Shown here in pieces: positions 35,701-48,666 of a stretch of 64,000 nucleotides of DNA (position 1 is the stretch's first letter; each line of letters begins with the position of its first letter). The DNA comes from Podospora anserina (Eukaryota), in assembly GCA_017654855.1 (NCBI GenBank), contig CM030334.1, forward strand, positions 3,844,001-3,908,000, given 5' to 3'. The notes beneath the pieces were generated by a model, which was not told the origin of the DNA, did no database searches, and saw nothing but the letters and a program-made list of their open reading frames with translations. The position numbers and the translations under genes were made by a program.

Positions 35701-37042
35701 TGTCGGCCATCAGACGAGAAAAGGCAGTGGAGGCGCTGCCGAGGATGGGGAGGATGGGGGCGATGTTGCCGAGACAGACGCAGGCTTTCAGGGAGTGTTA
35801 GTTGTTGACAGTCAGTAAAAAAGGGAGAGAGAGAGAAAAACATACCATCAACCAACAAGAACACCACAGTATAAATCTGACCAACAGTTTCGGTTCCCTC
35901 GCCCCTGATGGTATCAACAACCATGCGACTACCCTGCCAGAAGGCCAGAGCATTGGCGCTGTACGCAATAAAGTACAGCATACCAGCCTGCATGGCAGCA
36001 GCAATGCCCTTTTTGACACCAGCACCTCTAGCCACGGCGACATGCTCGGCAAACTTCTTTTCCAGTCTGCCAGCCATACCGAACGACTGCACGACACCGA
36101 CGTGCTGAAGCGCCTCACCGGCAATGTTGCTGGCGGCAGTCTGGGAAGAAGCACTGATGACCATGAACTTGGTGACAAAAAAGCCACCGCCCATCGCCAT
36201 GAGCAAGAACGCCGGGATGAGCGAGACCAAAATCCCGGCCAACTTTGCCTGCTTGATGAACGCGACGACGTAGCAGGCGAAGAAGAAACTGGTCGAGGCG
36301 ATCAAAACGCCCACCTTTTCGGAAGTACCGGCCTGGACAGCAGTCATGTCGCCCTGTAGTCTGGTCGAGACCTCACCGCTGGCGGCAGATCGCGCGTCGA
36401 AGAACCCGGGGGGCTGTCTCAGCAAAGCCTGGACATACTGCCCTCTGAGTCTCTGAGCGAGACGCTGGGAGAAGAGAGACCAGGACAGGACGTAAACGTA
36501 GATGCAAACCAAGGCAGCAATGGCAATATACACCAGCTTGAGGACCTTGTCGTTGATGGAAGCCTCATAGGCGAAAGGGTCGTTGACGCCGTTGATGGAG
36601 GTGGAAGTGGAGGTGAGGTCAGAGTCGCCGGCCGCACAGGTGGCATCGTTCATGTTGTCGACGAGCTCACCAAAGATGATGCCCATCAGGGGGAAGGGGA
36701 TACCGGCACCGGCGGCGGAGATGACGCCGGTGATGAGAAGACAGACGTCGATCCATGTTGGCGACGCGGAAGCAAAGATCTTGAGCCAGACGAGGAGGCC
36801 ACCTTGGGGCTGGAGAGATGTTAGGGATCGAGTCAAATGTAAACAATGAGTGAAGCTATTCAGGGGCCGAAAAGGGGGATTTAGGGGCAGACACAGAAAA
36901 GACTTACGGCTTGTTCGGCAGCTGCCGGCGCATCAGAAGCACTTCCAGTGGTGGTAGGGGCAAGTGCCTTCTCCTTATCAGCGGCCGCATCACTCGCTGC
37001 AGCGCTGTGCGGACGCTTCTCTCCGGAAGCCTCGACCGCCAT
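32780..37042 (-). CDS. ABC-B (MDR-type) full-size transporter, probable siderophore exporter (SitT-like); introns 36810-36907 and 35785-35845
   Basis: TMD-NBD-TMD-NBD architecture; Walker A GLSGSGKS and GPSGAGKS, signatures VSGGQRQR and LSGGQRQR, Walker B LLLDEAT and LLLDEST. Substrate inferred from the adjacent siderophore NRPS. Confidence 0.92.
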
Positions 37043-37460
37043 TGTACCTGCTTTTTTACCGTGTTGCTTCCACGGCGGGGGGGGGGCAGGTTCTCTTGGC
37101 GAAATCAGGCCACTTTTTCTGGACAAGAGAGAGAAGAGATTGTGCGTGGGAAGAGATCACAATCTGAAAGGGGACATGGGAAGAGAAACACAACACAGGC
37201 CAAAAAGAAGTTATGGCGGGATGAATACCCCCGTCTCCCGGGGGCGTTGATCTTTTCCCTGGGGGAAACACATTTCAGGCAATTTTTTTTTGGTCTCCTT
37301 ACTACCTTATTCTGGTGACCAATTCACTGTATGTTTCCCCCACTCACCCCAGTCACTTCAGCGGCCGAAACAGTGAGGTGACCTTCCCCCAGCAAAACGA
37401 CAGCGGAAGCTTCCGGTTCTACCCACCACCCATTGACCCCGATTCCGGCCTTGGCGAGGG

Positions 37461-38212
37461 CGGATCTGATTAGGTGAACGGCCGGATCTGATAAAAAATT
37501 TGTTGCGCTGGGCGGCCCCCACCTGATAGTCTTCGATGTGACCCTCGAGTTGCGTCCTTTTTAATTACCTTGGTATGCGGTCGTCCTGCATGGTTCCTGC
37601 TTTGCTGTCCCTTGATCGGATGAAGTAGGCATCACGGTATGTATCTTGTGAAAAGATTACTTATTTGTGGGAGATTTGAACGGAATTGCACCAGATCACC
37701 GCCGGTCTTCGAGGTCTTCATCCGACTTTCTTGTGTGACCAGGGGCAAGGGGAGCTGACCCAGTTTAAAGTTATCTGATCCGAAGAATCTCCACTGTTCG
37801 GCTCCATGCAAACGAGCCATTTTAACGCTCGCCATCCCAGCCACCGAACACCCCTGTAAACATTCTTTCTTGCCCACCATCCGAACTCCTGCTGCTGCTT
37901 TTTCTCGCAACATTGGTCTTTTGGTTTTCTGTCTGCTGTATTACCGTTGATCCCCACCATCTTCAATGTCGACAGAGGTACAATGGCGTAACTCGTGTGT
38001 AATGATGGTCCGTAACACCACCCAAGCTGGGGGCAACGACCTCGTCAAACATCTTTGAACATCCCTCCCGAAGCACAAAACTTCCCCAAGTCTTGGCCCG
38101 GAGATATCGCCGCTTTGGGATTCCGGTGGAGCATTACGTTATGGACATGGATGAACCGACAACAGCCCACCCTGCTAGTTTCCACCTGTGCATTATCACG
38201 ATCATCTGATAA
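37461..38212. promoter_or_regulatory. SreA/SRE-type iron-repression boxes (ATCWGATAA) upstream of the ABC transporter
   Basis: CGGATCTGATTA 37461-37472, CGGATCTGATAA 37483-37494, TTATCTGATCCG 37771-37782 (reverse strand) and ATCTGATAA 38204-38212. These match the established Aspergillus SreA consensus. Confidence 0.8.
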
Positions 38213-38659
38213 AAATTCTTCGTCTATGGCTCCATCACCCTTTCTCCACGGATCATCGACTCGGCCACACTGTCGTCATGTCCGAGAAAGGCCGTCGGAC
38301 ACGGTCACCGAGCGGTAGCTTCACGGGTGAAAGGGTCGTCTGGAGTTGCCCACGGTGAACTGGCACATTGTGGATTCCGCTTGTGCCTGACAGCGAGCCA
38401 CGGCATTGTCTCATCTGAACCTCGAATTCGGATCGAGACACGGCAGAGGAGACACAAGTGTGGTGGTGTCTGCTGTGCGTGAAACGTTTCTCAGAGAGGG
38501 GAGATGGGCCTGGAATGCCCTCTCAATGCAACCACCTTCGTACTCGTATGCTTCTCCGTGTTGGCGCCATCAACTGTCAAAGCTGTCAATTTTGGAGCCT
38601 TCATCGGCCATCTACCGGTGACAAGCTTCTTCTAGCACAGATCTAGAAGTGCGTGTCTA

Positions 38660-38683
38660 TTATGGTCTAACCTCAACGTCTGG

Positions 38684-38724
<41 letters not shown>

Positions 38725-39781
38725 GAACCTGTTGTTGGCGCTGCTGCTGCTGCTGCTGCTGTTGCTTCCTCTCCTCCTCCCACTCCGCCCACACCTCCCC
38801 CAACTTTCTCCCATCAACCTTGACTCCATACACACCCTGCGGCAGCTTCACCATGAGCGGTACCTCCACGTCCTCTTTGGTCCCCAACACGGCCGCCTCG
38901 TGAACCACCTGGGCTATATCCGCGGGGACTCTCCTGAAGCCCTTTCTGAAGTACACGTTTTCCGATGTGGGCGTCGCTTCGAGGTAGATGGGCAGTCCGA
39001 TAGTGTTTCCGAGGTCAACAATGGCCTGGACAAGAGCAGAGCCAGCTCCCTTGCCTTGGTGCTTGGGGTCAACGGCAAAAGCGTGGATGTCTGTTGCGGT
39101 GATGATATTAGCGAGATGCTTAACGTGATGGGAAAGCCACAGGCAGCAAAATGAGGTCCCCGAAAGACCACCCCAGACTAAAAGCGCCACTTGGATGCGC
39201 TGCAACGCTCAACGTGCCCTCCCAGGAAACAATACAGCACGTGGTCTCTGCAGGAAGCACAAGAGTCTCTCTCGCAAGAAAATTCCAGCAATGGAAATAT
39301 CAAGCGAGCTGCTGCTGTGTTCACATGGCATTTTTGTCCAGAAATCGAGATCAGATAGAAAAAGAAAAAAAAAACACTCACAAACATACGGCCTCCCCCC
39401 CATAATCCTCTCCCTCGCACTCCAAAGCCCGTCCAGCACCCTCTCCGCCCGTGTCCTCTGCTCCCCGTGAAGCCACCCAATCTCTGGCATCTTGCGCTCC
39501 TCTTCTGTTCTAGGCTTGACAAACACGTCGCAGAGGGCCATGCCGATGATCTCACCCGTCTCCGAGTCGACACACTTGTAGGTGTACTGCGTCTCGGAGG
39601 TGTGCCACCATTGCAGGGTGCCGTTGGTGTGCGCCTCGCGAAACTCCTCGGACGTGACGCCCGAGGGGAAGAGGATGTCGAGCAATAAAGAGCCGGAGGG
39701 GTCGGTGGTGAAGGCGGCAAAGTAGGCGTCGTAGCAGGGCCGGATGTCGGGGATGAGGGCTGGGAGGACGAGGTAAGGCAT
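38660..39781 (-). CDS. GNAT N-acetyltransferase with poly-Gln C-terminus, probable siderophore acetylase (SidG-like role); intron 39091-39381
   Basis: MPYLVLPALIPD...GEIIGMA...GGRPYV|YIHAFAVDPKHQGKGAGSALV...LPIYLEATP...YFRKGF covers GNAT motifs A and B; located between the ABC transporter and the NRPS. Confidence 0.85.
38683..38766 (-). repeat. Coding CAA/CAG microsatellite (poly-Q tail of the GNAT)
   Basis: (GTT)n and (GCT)n runs on the + strand encode QQQQQQQQRQQQVQQQQQQQQQQQQQQ. Confidence 0.9.
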
Positions 39782-41313
39782 TTTGGGCGGTTTGTCTCTC
39801 TTACCGTAATATGTGGAGGAATGTATAAGAGGTATAAACATGAGGTGAAGTATAAGACTAACAAACACCAAGACAGAACAACAACACCCTCAACTCAACA
39901 CACCGCGACAAAAGCAGACAAGAAGCACAAGATATATCACCCCCTGGGACCATCGAGGCCCTCACTCGTCTTACTCGTCTCACCTCTCTCTACCTACCCC
40001 ATTCCTCACCATCAAAAAAACCGCAACCGCCGCATATCCTGTGTGCACATTACCTTGATGCAACCTCACCCTCACCGAACCGCAGATCCCTTTTCGCACC
40101 TCACAAAACGTAAGCGGCGTTTGCAAATTCATCTACTATAACCCACAACGGCATATTGCCGCCCTGACAAGTAAAATGTACAGTGCCAATCACTTCACCT
40201 TTCCAGGTCCCCTAGTGACGGGCAATGCCGCAAAACTACCGCATCTCGGAGGTAAGATGCTGCATCGCCAACAGAGAAGCCGCGTCAACATAGCCGATAT
40301 GAATGCCTACCTACCTCCTCCGCCGCCGCGCGCGGGATGATGAAGATGTGATGATCGCTACGTTAGGTAGGTACCTCCTGATGGTACGCTTGCGGGGATA
40401 CTCCATAGGTGGAATCCCTTCCGGTTTGTTGAGATCTCACCTACTCACCCACAAAGTGACAGTGGGACTGGATCTCGCAACAACACAACAACAACAACCA
40501 AGCAGCTGTAGGGGTGGTAACGTAGCCGTGACTGCTGTAAGAGAATCCCTCCTTCCTAAAGCATCATCAAACTCCAGAATCAGGGCACGCGTGATGATGA
40601 TGATCATCATCATCTCAAAAAAAATGGCAAATCCTTCGGGCAGATCCCGATCAGAAGGATCGTCTCTTTTCTCCGTGGCTTGAGTTGACCCGTGACACCG
40701 CCCCGGGAAGAAGGGGCGGCTTTGCGGCCTTGGAAGAGAGTTAAATAGTAGCGAGACTCTCTCTGGATATCTTGACTGAGAAGCAAGCCAAGCACCATGT
40801 CTGTTGTCGTCAGTGGCTACCGGCCGTGGTTGCACAATCTCAATTTCTAGGGACTCGCATGGAGGGGAGCTCATGACTTCAAGATTTGTCTTGCTCTCCA
40901 TGCTCCCCAGTCATCGGCCTCAAAAACGCTGGCTTGTCATTCTTGACGACTCAATGCTCGGTGTTAACATCACCGCTGTGACAAAACCCGCGTCGTGTTG
41001 GCCCGAAGCCGAAACCGGAGCAACCCCCCAAGGTGCGGCTCATAGCGGGCGGCAATAAGGACGCCTCCTTGGCTCAGAGGAAAAGCCAGCCCCTTTCATT
41101 TACACAACCACAACTCCAAGTTGCCCAAACACTCACCGCACCTTGAACCTCTTCCAGTATCGCAGTCCTGCAGGAATCTCAAGATCAGCACTCCCCCTCC
41201 TCAAAACCAACTCCGACAAACCCGCCATCTCAAAAATCTCGCTCAAAACTTCAACCCTCGGCATTGACGTCCCTCGATGGAGCCACAACCCCACCCAATG
41301 ACACGATGCCCAG

Positions 41314-41330
41314 TAAAGTTATCTGATCCG
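41314..41330 (-). promoter_or_regulatory. SreA-type box in the divergent GNAT/NRPS promoter
   Basis: TAAAGTTATCTGATCCG (reverse CGGATCAGATAACTTTA), identical to 37766-37782. Confidence 0.7.
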
Positions 41331-42616
41331 TCCCTCGTCCAGGGACCCCCTGTTGACCAAATCCACTCCACACGCTCTCCTGAACCCCTGTCAAGATATT
41401 GAATCGGGGGTTTCAGCAACGGCTTTTTTTCTGATGTTTTTTTCCCCTCACCCCACCTCCCTTCACACCCTTTCTTGATCACCACCACCTACCACCACCA
41501 CCTACCGCATGTTCTGGGAGCACAGGACTTCTGCCACCACCACCACTACTCTACTCACCCATCCAATGAGCAATAGCAAGCCACACCTTCCCCTACCCAC
41601 TGCATTGGTCAATGGTTCGGGGCCACATCCAAATGAGGGAATGCCCTTCATGAGAAACGCTCGGCCGACTGTCTTCCGCAGCGTGACATCACATACTACA
41701 TACACACACACCATCACCTTGAACCCCTTTTTGCCTGTTTTTGTTTGTTATAGGTTAATACCGTACGTACGTACATACACACCTGTATCCTTCTCGTACC
41801 GCATCGCACATCTTTGCCTGCAGCAAGGCAACAATGGGATGGGATGGGATATCCCTCTCGCCACATGCCCGGCCACGCCATCTTCACAGATCCGTACCCA
41901 CTTGTTCGCAGAGAGCAAAAGCCCATGAACCTGGTCACACACATGGCCAAGTCTCGCTTGCGGAGACAAAAGGGAGCTAGAGGCCGGCGAGGAAGCCATC
42001 TCGGTGCATCGGTCGAGTCGATACCGCACCCTCCTTCCCGTCTTGCATCCAGGAAAGTAGTTGCTAGTCCCGACCACCGGCGTGTCATCTTGCCGTATTC
42101 AAGGGCTCGAGAATCACGAGCCAATGTCCAACAAACCTGAACCTAGCCCCAGACCCTTCAAGAGCGGGGTTTTTTTTTTCTTGTCGTAAGGTCTAGTAGT
42201 GAAGACCCGGGAATGGGGTATCATTCCGGCTAGTATCCAGCACCCATACATATCCAAACATGGATGGGTTGGATTCGCTAGTCTAGCAGATGCAGGTTCA
42301 CCAAAGTGAAAAGTTGCCGGTCGTACCTGGTCTTTCCCTCTCCTGCTTTCTTTCCTTTTTCCTGTCCTCTGTATCAAGAACTGCAAGAAGAGTGTCACCC
42401 CGATTATTGTACCTCTCTTGTCAGCATTCTCCCTCGAACAAAAAGTAGCAGAAAGGGATATCCCGCTGCCCACCCCCATGCGTTGATCCTGTCCTGTAAG
42501 GTCACTACACGCTACCACGACACGGCAAAGAACCTCTCGACACAAGATAGAAAGCGGGAATTAACCGACAGTCGTGTCCCTTCCCGTAGCCAGCTCGGCA
42601 AAACATACCAGACAAT

Positions 42617-45600
42617 ATGCATCTCGCCCAGCACGCACCCGGCATCCTGGGTGGCCTCCGCCGCGATGCCATGCAGCTCGACACCCAGACCATTCCTCTA
42701 GACTCTGTTACCAGGACGCTACCAGTACCCGAATCAGAGTCTGCTCTCGACGCCCTTCTTCTCGCCTGGGGTGCTCTCCTCCAAAGACAACGAGGCGACG
42801 ACGACAGAGTAGAACAGTTCTCCTGGGGCCACAAGTCGCAAAGCTCACCATCAGAGATCTCCACCCGCTTTTCCCTCAGGGCTCTCGGTCTCGAATTGAC
42901 CAGGTCACGATCAGAGTCTGTATCAACCTTCCTCCAGGCCGTCAAGACCTCAACCGAGAACATCGCCCGCCCAGGGCTCCTCTACCTCTTCTTCAACGAC
43001 GAGAAGGAGACCTCCTTTCCCCAAAAAGAGACGGCTGGACCATCTGTATGTACTCCACCGTTTGCCCCCCCGCCCCTGAAACACGACTGACTGACAATCC
43101 CCAGCAATTCGACTTCCAACTCCGTGTCTCCAAGCATGCTTCTGCCCTCACCCTCGAGGGCGTTTACCCTACCACCGAAAAGCCCGACTCCCTCAACTCC
43201 CGGCAGGCCGGAGACAGACTCGACACCCTAATTCAACTTGTTAATATCATCACCACTCAGCCCGAAGCCCCCATCTCGGCCCTCCTCGAGCCCCTCGGCC
43301 GTGACCTCGACCAAATATGGGCCTGGAACGCCGAAATGCCCCCTCTGATCGACCGGACGATGCAAGACATCATCTCTGAGCAGGCCGCCGCTCGCCCGGA
43401 CAAGATTGCGCTTTCCTCGTGGGATGGCCAATGGACCTACGCCGAGCTCGAGCTCATGTCTACCCGCCTGGCGCATCACCTCGTTTCTCAGGGCATCACA
43501 GTTGGTGTTAATGTACCGCTATGCTTCGAAAAGTGCCGGTGGACCATCGTCGCTTTGTTGGCCATCATGAAGGCTGGTGGCGCATTTGCCTTGACGGACC
43601 CAACATCTCAGCCAGAGGGCAGACTGCGCGCCATGGTGGAGCAAACCGGCGGCAAGCTGGTCGTTGCCTCCGCCGCTCAGACTGAGCTGGCGAAGCGTCT
43701 TGTTCCTGAAGATGGCAGCCAGGTGGTAACGGTGAACGAGGAGCTGTTCCAGTCTTTCTCCACCATCGAGGGCGAGCTCCCCCCATTGCCCACTATCCCG
43801 ACTGTCACCTCTCCTCTCTACATCCAGTTCACCTCTGGCAGCACAGGCAAGCCCAAGGGTGTCGTTGTTTCTCACGCCAACTTCACCAGCGGTGCCATTC
43901 CCCGTGCTGAGGCGGTGGGGTACAAGTCTTCTACCAAGTGCTTCGAGTTTGCCAGTTATGCCTTCGATGTCAGCATCGATTGCATGCTCTGCACTCTGTC
44001 AGTCGGTGGTACCATCTGCATCCCCTCTGATGCCGACCGCATGAATGACCTTGGCGGTGCCATCAGGGCTAGTGGCGCCAATATGGCGCACATGACACCC
44101 AGTGTTGCGCGTGTGCTCGATCCCGCCGTGATTGCTGAGCTTGACGTCTTGGGATTGGGCGGTGAAGCCATCTCGGCTTCTGATGCGGCTGCGTGGAGCA
44201 AGGGCAAGACCAGCGTCATTATCGCGTATGGCCCCTCCGAATGCACTGTCGGCTGCACTGTCAACAACACCTTTGCCAAGAACAAGGACGAGCGCAAGGT
44301 GTTTACGACCGGAAACATTGGCCGTGGTGTCGGCGGTGTAGGCTGGATTGTCGACCCCGAGGACCACGACCGTCTGGTTCCTGTCGGATCAGTCGGCGAG
44401 CTGCTGGTGGAAGGCCCCGTCGTCGGTCTTGGTTACTTGGGTGAGGCCGAGAAGACGGCTGAGGTGTTTATTGAGGACCCTGTATGGTTGGTTGCCGGAC
44501 ACAAAGAGATCCCTGGCAGAACCGGCCGGCTCTACAAGACTGGTGATCTTGTTCGGTACGATGCTGATGGGTCTGGTGACTTTGTCTTCATCGGCCGCAA
44601 GGATGCTCAAGTCAAGCTCCGTGGACAGCGTGTTGAGTTGGTTGAGATTGAGCACCATCTCCGGCACCACCTCCCAAGCCGTGTCAAGATCGCTGCTGAG
44701 GTCATCAAGCCTGCGGGAGCCGAGCCTACTTTGGTGGCCTTTTTGGCCGAGCCTCGCACCAAGAGCGGCACAACCGAGGAATGTGACGAAGCGGAGGCCA
44801 CCTTCTCTGATGAACTGACCAAGGCCCTGACCGGTATCGAGGAAGCGCTTGGCGTCGATCTTCCCCGGTACATGGTCCCCGCGGCATTCATCCCTCTCCG
44901 CGACATGCCAGTGCTGCCTTCTGCCAAGATCGATCGCAAGAAGCTTCGTGCGCTTGGTGGCGCCATGACGCGCGAGCAGATCACTGGCAGCGCCCGCAAG
45001 AACAAGAGCAGCGAAGGTGGTGCCCCTTCGACCGAGATGGAGCGGATGCTGGCTGCTGTGTGGAAGTCGTTGCTTGGGGACCATACCGACATCACTGTTA
45101 GCGACAGCTTCTTTGCTCTCGGCGGAGACTCTCTCAGGGCCATGAGACTCGTTCCCGCTGCTCGCGCTGAAGGCATTGTTCTGTCGGTTGCCGATGTCTT
45201 CCGGTACCCTGTCCTCCGGGATATGGCTGTGGTTGCTAAGAAGGCAGAGGCTGGAAGCGGTGGTGCTGCTGCTGACGTCCCACCCTTCTCCCTGATCGAC
45301 AAGGCCTGGTCTGCTGAGGCGGCAAAGACCGAGGTCAGCCAGCTTTGCGAGGTTGACAAGGCCGATATCGAGGATGTCTATCCCTGCACACCGCTCCAAG
45401 AGGCCTTGATGGCGCTCTCTGCCAAGGTCAAGGAGGCCTATGTAGCCCAGCGTGTGCTCAAGATGAACAATGCCAAAGACGCCAAGAAGTTGCAGAATGC
45501 CTTCGAGGCCATCGCCGCCGACTCCGCCATCCTCCGCACTCGTATCGTTCAGGTGTCCGACTACGGTCTCATGCAAGTCTTGATCAGGGAGCCTATCCAG

Positions 45601-48600
45601 TGGCGCACTGCGTCATCGTTGGCCAGGTATCTCGAGGACGACCGTGACGAGGAGATGGGTCTCGGCAAGAAGCTTGTTCGCTACGCCATGATCCGCGAGG
45701 GCGACGTCTATCACTTTGTACTGACCATGCACCACGCTCTCTACGACGGATGGTCGATGCCCCTGGTAGTTGACCGTGTCAACCAGGCCTACCAGGGTGT
45801 TGCTCCGAGAAAGCCAGCGGCCCAGTTCAAGCACTTCATCGACTACCTCAACAACAGGCTTGATCGTGCAGGATGCGACACTTACTGGCGTGAGCAGCTC
45901 GACGGTGCGACGGGTGTTCAGTTCCCCCGGCTTCCCTTTGAGGGCTACCAGACCCAGGCCGACTCCCTCCTCGAAGTCGATATCAAGCTTGATGGCCGGA
46001 AGCTCCCATCAGTGCCCGGCGCCACCATCACTCTTGCCAGCGTGGTTCGCGCGGCGTGGGCTCTGGTGGCCTCCCAGTACTGCAGCGGCAACAACGACAT
46101 TGTTTTCGGCGAGACACTGACTGGTCGCAATGCCCCCATCGTAGGCATCGAAGAGATCGAGGGTCCCATGATCACCACCGTTCCCGTGCGGGTCACCATC
46201 AACCGCGAGTCGTCCGTCGAGCAGTATCTTCAGACCATTGCCGAGCAGATTGTCGGTCAGATCCCATACGAACATGCCGGTCTTCAGCACATCCGCAAGT
46301 TGAGCGACGACGCCCTCCAGGCTTGCGAGCTGCGTACTGGTTTCGTGCTGCATCCCGCAGCTGGCGAGGTCGAGGCTGACGACAAGACACCGGCCAACGG
46401 GTTGGTGCCGGCGGGCGATGGCGAGGCGGCCCAGGAAGCGCTCAAGTTCAACACGTATGCCCTCATGTTGGTGTGCTCCCTTTCTTCCGATGGCTTCTTC
46501 GTGATGGCCAGTTTCGACTCCAAGACGGTCAGCAAGGACACGATGGAGCGAGTGTTGGAGCAGCTCCGGACAGTGGTGCACCAGCTCTGCGAGGGCGATG
46601 CGAAGGAGGTCAAGGTCGGTGACTTGCAGTGTCTGACGGATGCTGACAGCAAAGAAGTTGAGGATATGAGCAAGAAGTTCAAGTTGGAGGGTGCTGACTT
46701 GGATGCGCTTGGGTTGGATCGGGCTGACATTGCCAGTGCCTGGATTGCCGATGCAGCTGACCACACGCGCCCCTCCCCGCGTGGCGCTGTGGGTGAGCTG
46801 TTAGTGGAGACCACCAAGACCCTCAGCGCCCCTGCAGTCGCTGTGCAGACACCACCGCCGCTGTGGCTGAAGAGCACCACTGTCAACGGCGGCCAGATCT
46901 ACAGAACCGGACGACTTGCCAGCTTCGAGTTCAGTGTCGACACTCCTGTTCTTCGCGTGCTCCCCAAGTCGGCCCAGATCAAGCCCGATTTCACTGTCCC
47001 CAAGAAGAAGGCTGCTTCGTCTGGCCCTGCCATCTCTGCTTCCTCTGCCAAGCAAAAGCTGCTCCGGGGCATATGGAGTCGTCTTCTCAAGGTCGATGAG
47101 GACAAGATCTTCCTTGGTGACAGCTTCTTCAACCGTGGTGGCGACTCGATTGCCGCCATGAAGCTCGTCTCCGAGGCCCGTCAGCAGGGAATGCAGCTCA
47201 GCGTCGCGCAGGTCTTTGCCAACCGGACTCTGTATGACATGGCCAATGTCATGCAGCCATCGCCCACTGTCATCACCAACGTTCAAAGGGGCCAGGGCAG
47301 CAGCTCTCCCGCGAGCCCATCCAGTCCCTCCAAGGCCGACTACCAGCCCTTCTCTCTCCTCTTGACCTCCTTCATGCGTCGTATGCAGAGATCGCTGGCC
47401 GACAAGTCATGGAAGATCCTCGATGTTCTCCCCACCAGACCTCTCCAGGAGATTGCCGTCAGGGGTACCGTTGAGCTTCCTCGCTTCTCCATCCGCTATG
47501 AGCTCATGCACTTTGAGGGCATGGTCAACAAGAAGCAGCTCTTCCGTGCCTGCCAAGAGCTTGTCGCCATCAACGAAGTCCTTCGCACCGTCTATGTCCG
47601 CCTTGATGATGTCTGCTACAGCGTGGTGATCGAGAACCCCTTCATTGTCGACATTGTCGAATATGAGATTGACGGTGACGATGTCGAGGAGTTTGCCGGC
47701 AAGGTCAGCAGACTGGATGCCCAAACCAAGATGCCTTATGGTTCTTCCTTCGTCAAGTGGTTCTTTGTCACCAACGGCACCAAGAGCACCCTTGTCTTCC
47801 GCCTGTCCCACGCCCAGTACGATGAGATTTGCCTTCCCATCTTCCTCAATCAGCTCCAGCAGCTGTACCAGGACCCCAAGTCGGTCTCTCCATCGTACCC
47901 CTTCTCCACCTTTGTCGACCACACCATCCAAGAGGGCATTCCCGCTGCCATCCCCTACTGGCGCGACCTCCTTGCCGGTTCTGAGGGTATTTCTCTCTTG
48001 AGACCTGACACCCCCATCACCGACCGCCGCCACTTTGCCATCCACAAGCCCGTCAACATCGCCGCCCGCAGCCGCGACGTGACCGTAGCTACCCTTCCCT
48101 CCGCAGCCTGGGCTTTGACCTTTGCCCGTCTGCTCAAGGTCAAGGACGTGGTATTCGGCGAAGTCGCCTCCGGCCGCAGCGTCGACATACCCGGCATCCC
48201 CGACGCCAACGCCATCGCCGGCCCCTGCTGGCAGTACGTCCTTACCCGCGTCAAGTTCGATGGCGACGTCCCCATTCGCACCGGCTACGACCTGCTCGAG
48301 GCCCTCCAGACCCAGCACATGATGACTTCTTCGCACGACTGCATGGGTCTGGAGGAGATTGTCCGGAACTGCACAGACTGGGATCCTGAGGAGGTGACCT
48401 GGTTCGACACGGTCGTTCACCAGGATGTGGCCCACGTCGAGACCTTGTCATTCTTGGACCGCAAGGCCAAGTTTGAGACGCTGTATGCATACGAAGAGCC
48501 GTTGAGGGAGTGGAAGATTCAGGCTTTCCATGATGGGGATACCTTGACCATTGAGGTTATCACTTTTGAGTCGTGGAAGGAAGAGGCGGTGAAGTTGTTG

Positions 48601-48666
48601 GATGATGTTTGTGCTTCGTTGGAGCAGTTGGTGAACAGGCCTGGGGAGGAGTTGAACATTGCATAG
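42617..48666 (+). CDS. NPS6: Extracellular siderophore (coprogen/fusarinine-type) NRPS, SidD/NPS6 family, A-T-C-dA-T-C; intron 43046-43104
   Basis: A domain YIQFTSGSTGKPKG, FDVS, AYGPSE, YKTGDL, GRKDAQVKLRGQRVE; T FFALGGDSL; C MHHALYDGWS; vestigial A (GAVGELLVE...IYRTG); T2 FFNRGGDSI; C2 SHAQYDE. This is the SidD/NPS6 architecture. Confidence 0.92.

Noticed and set aside
39130-39175. Hammerhead- or TPP-riboswitch-like words (ATGAGGTCCCCGAAAGACC) in the GNAT intron
   Set aside because: The CUGAUGA hammerhead core and the TPP consensus segments are absent.
42574-43104. First ~177 aa of the 2030-aa NRPS ORF as given in the track
   Set aside because: Wrong frame. The likely exon 1 starts at ATG 42617 and splices over 43046-43104.
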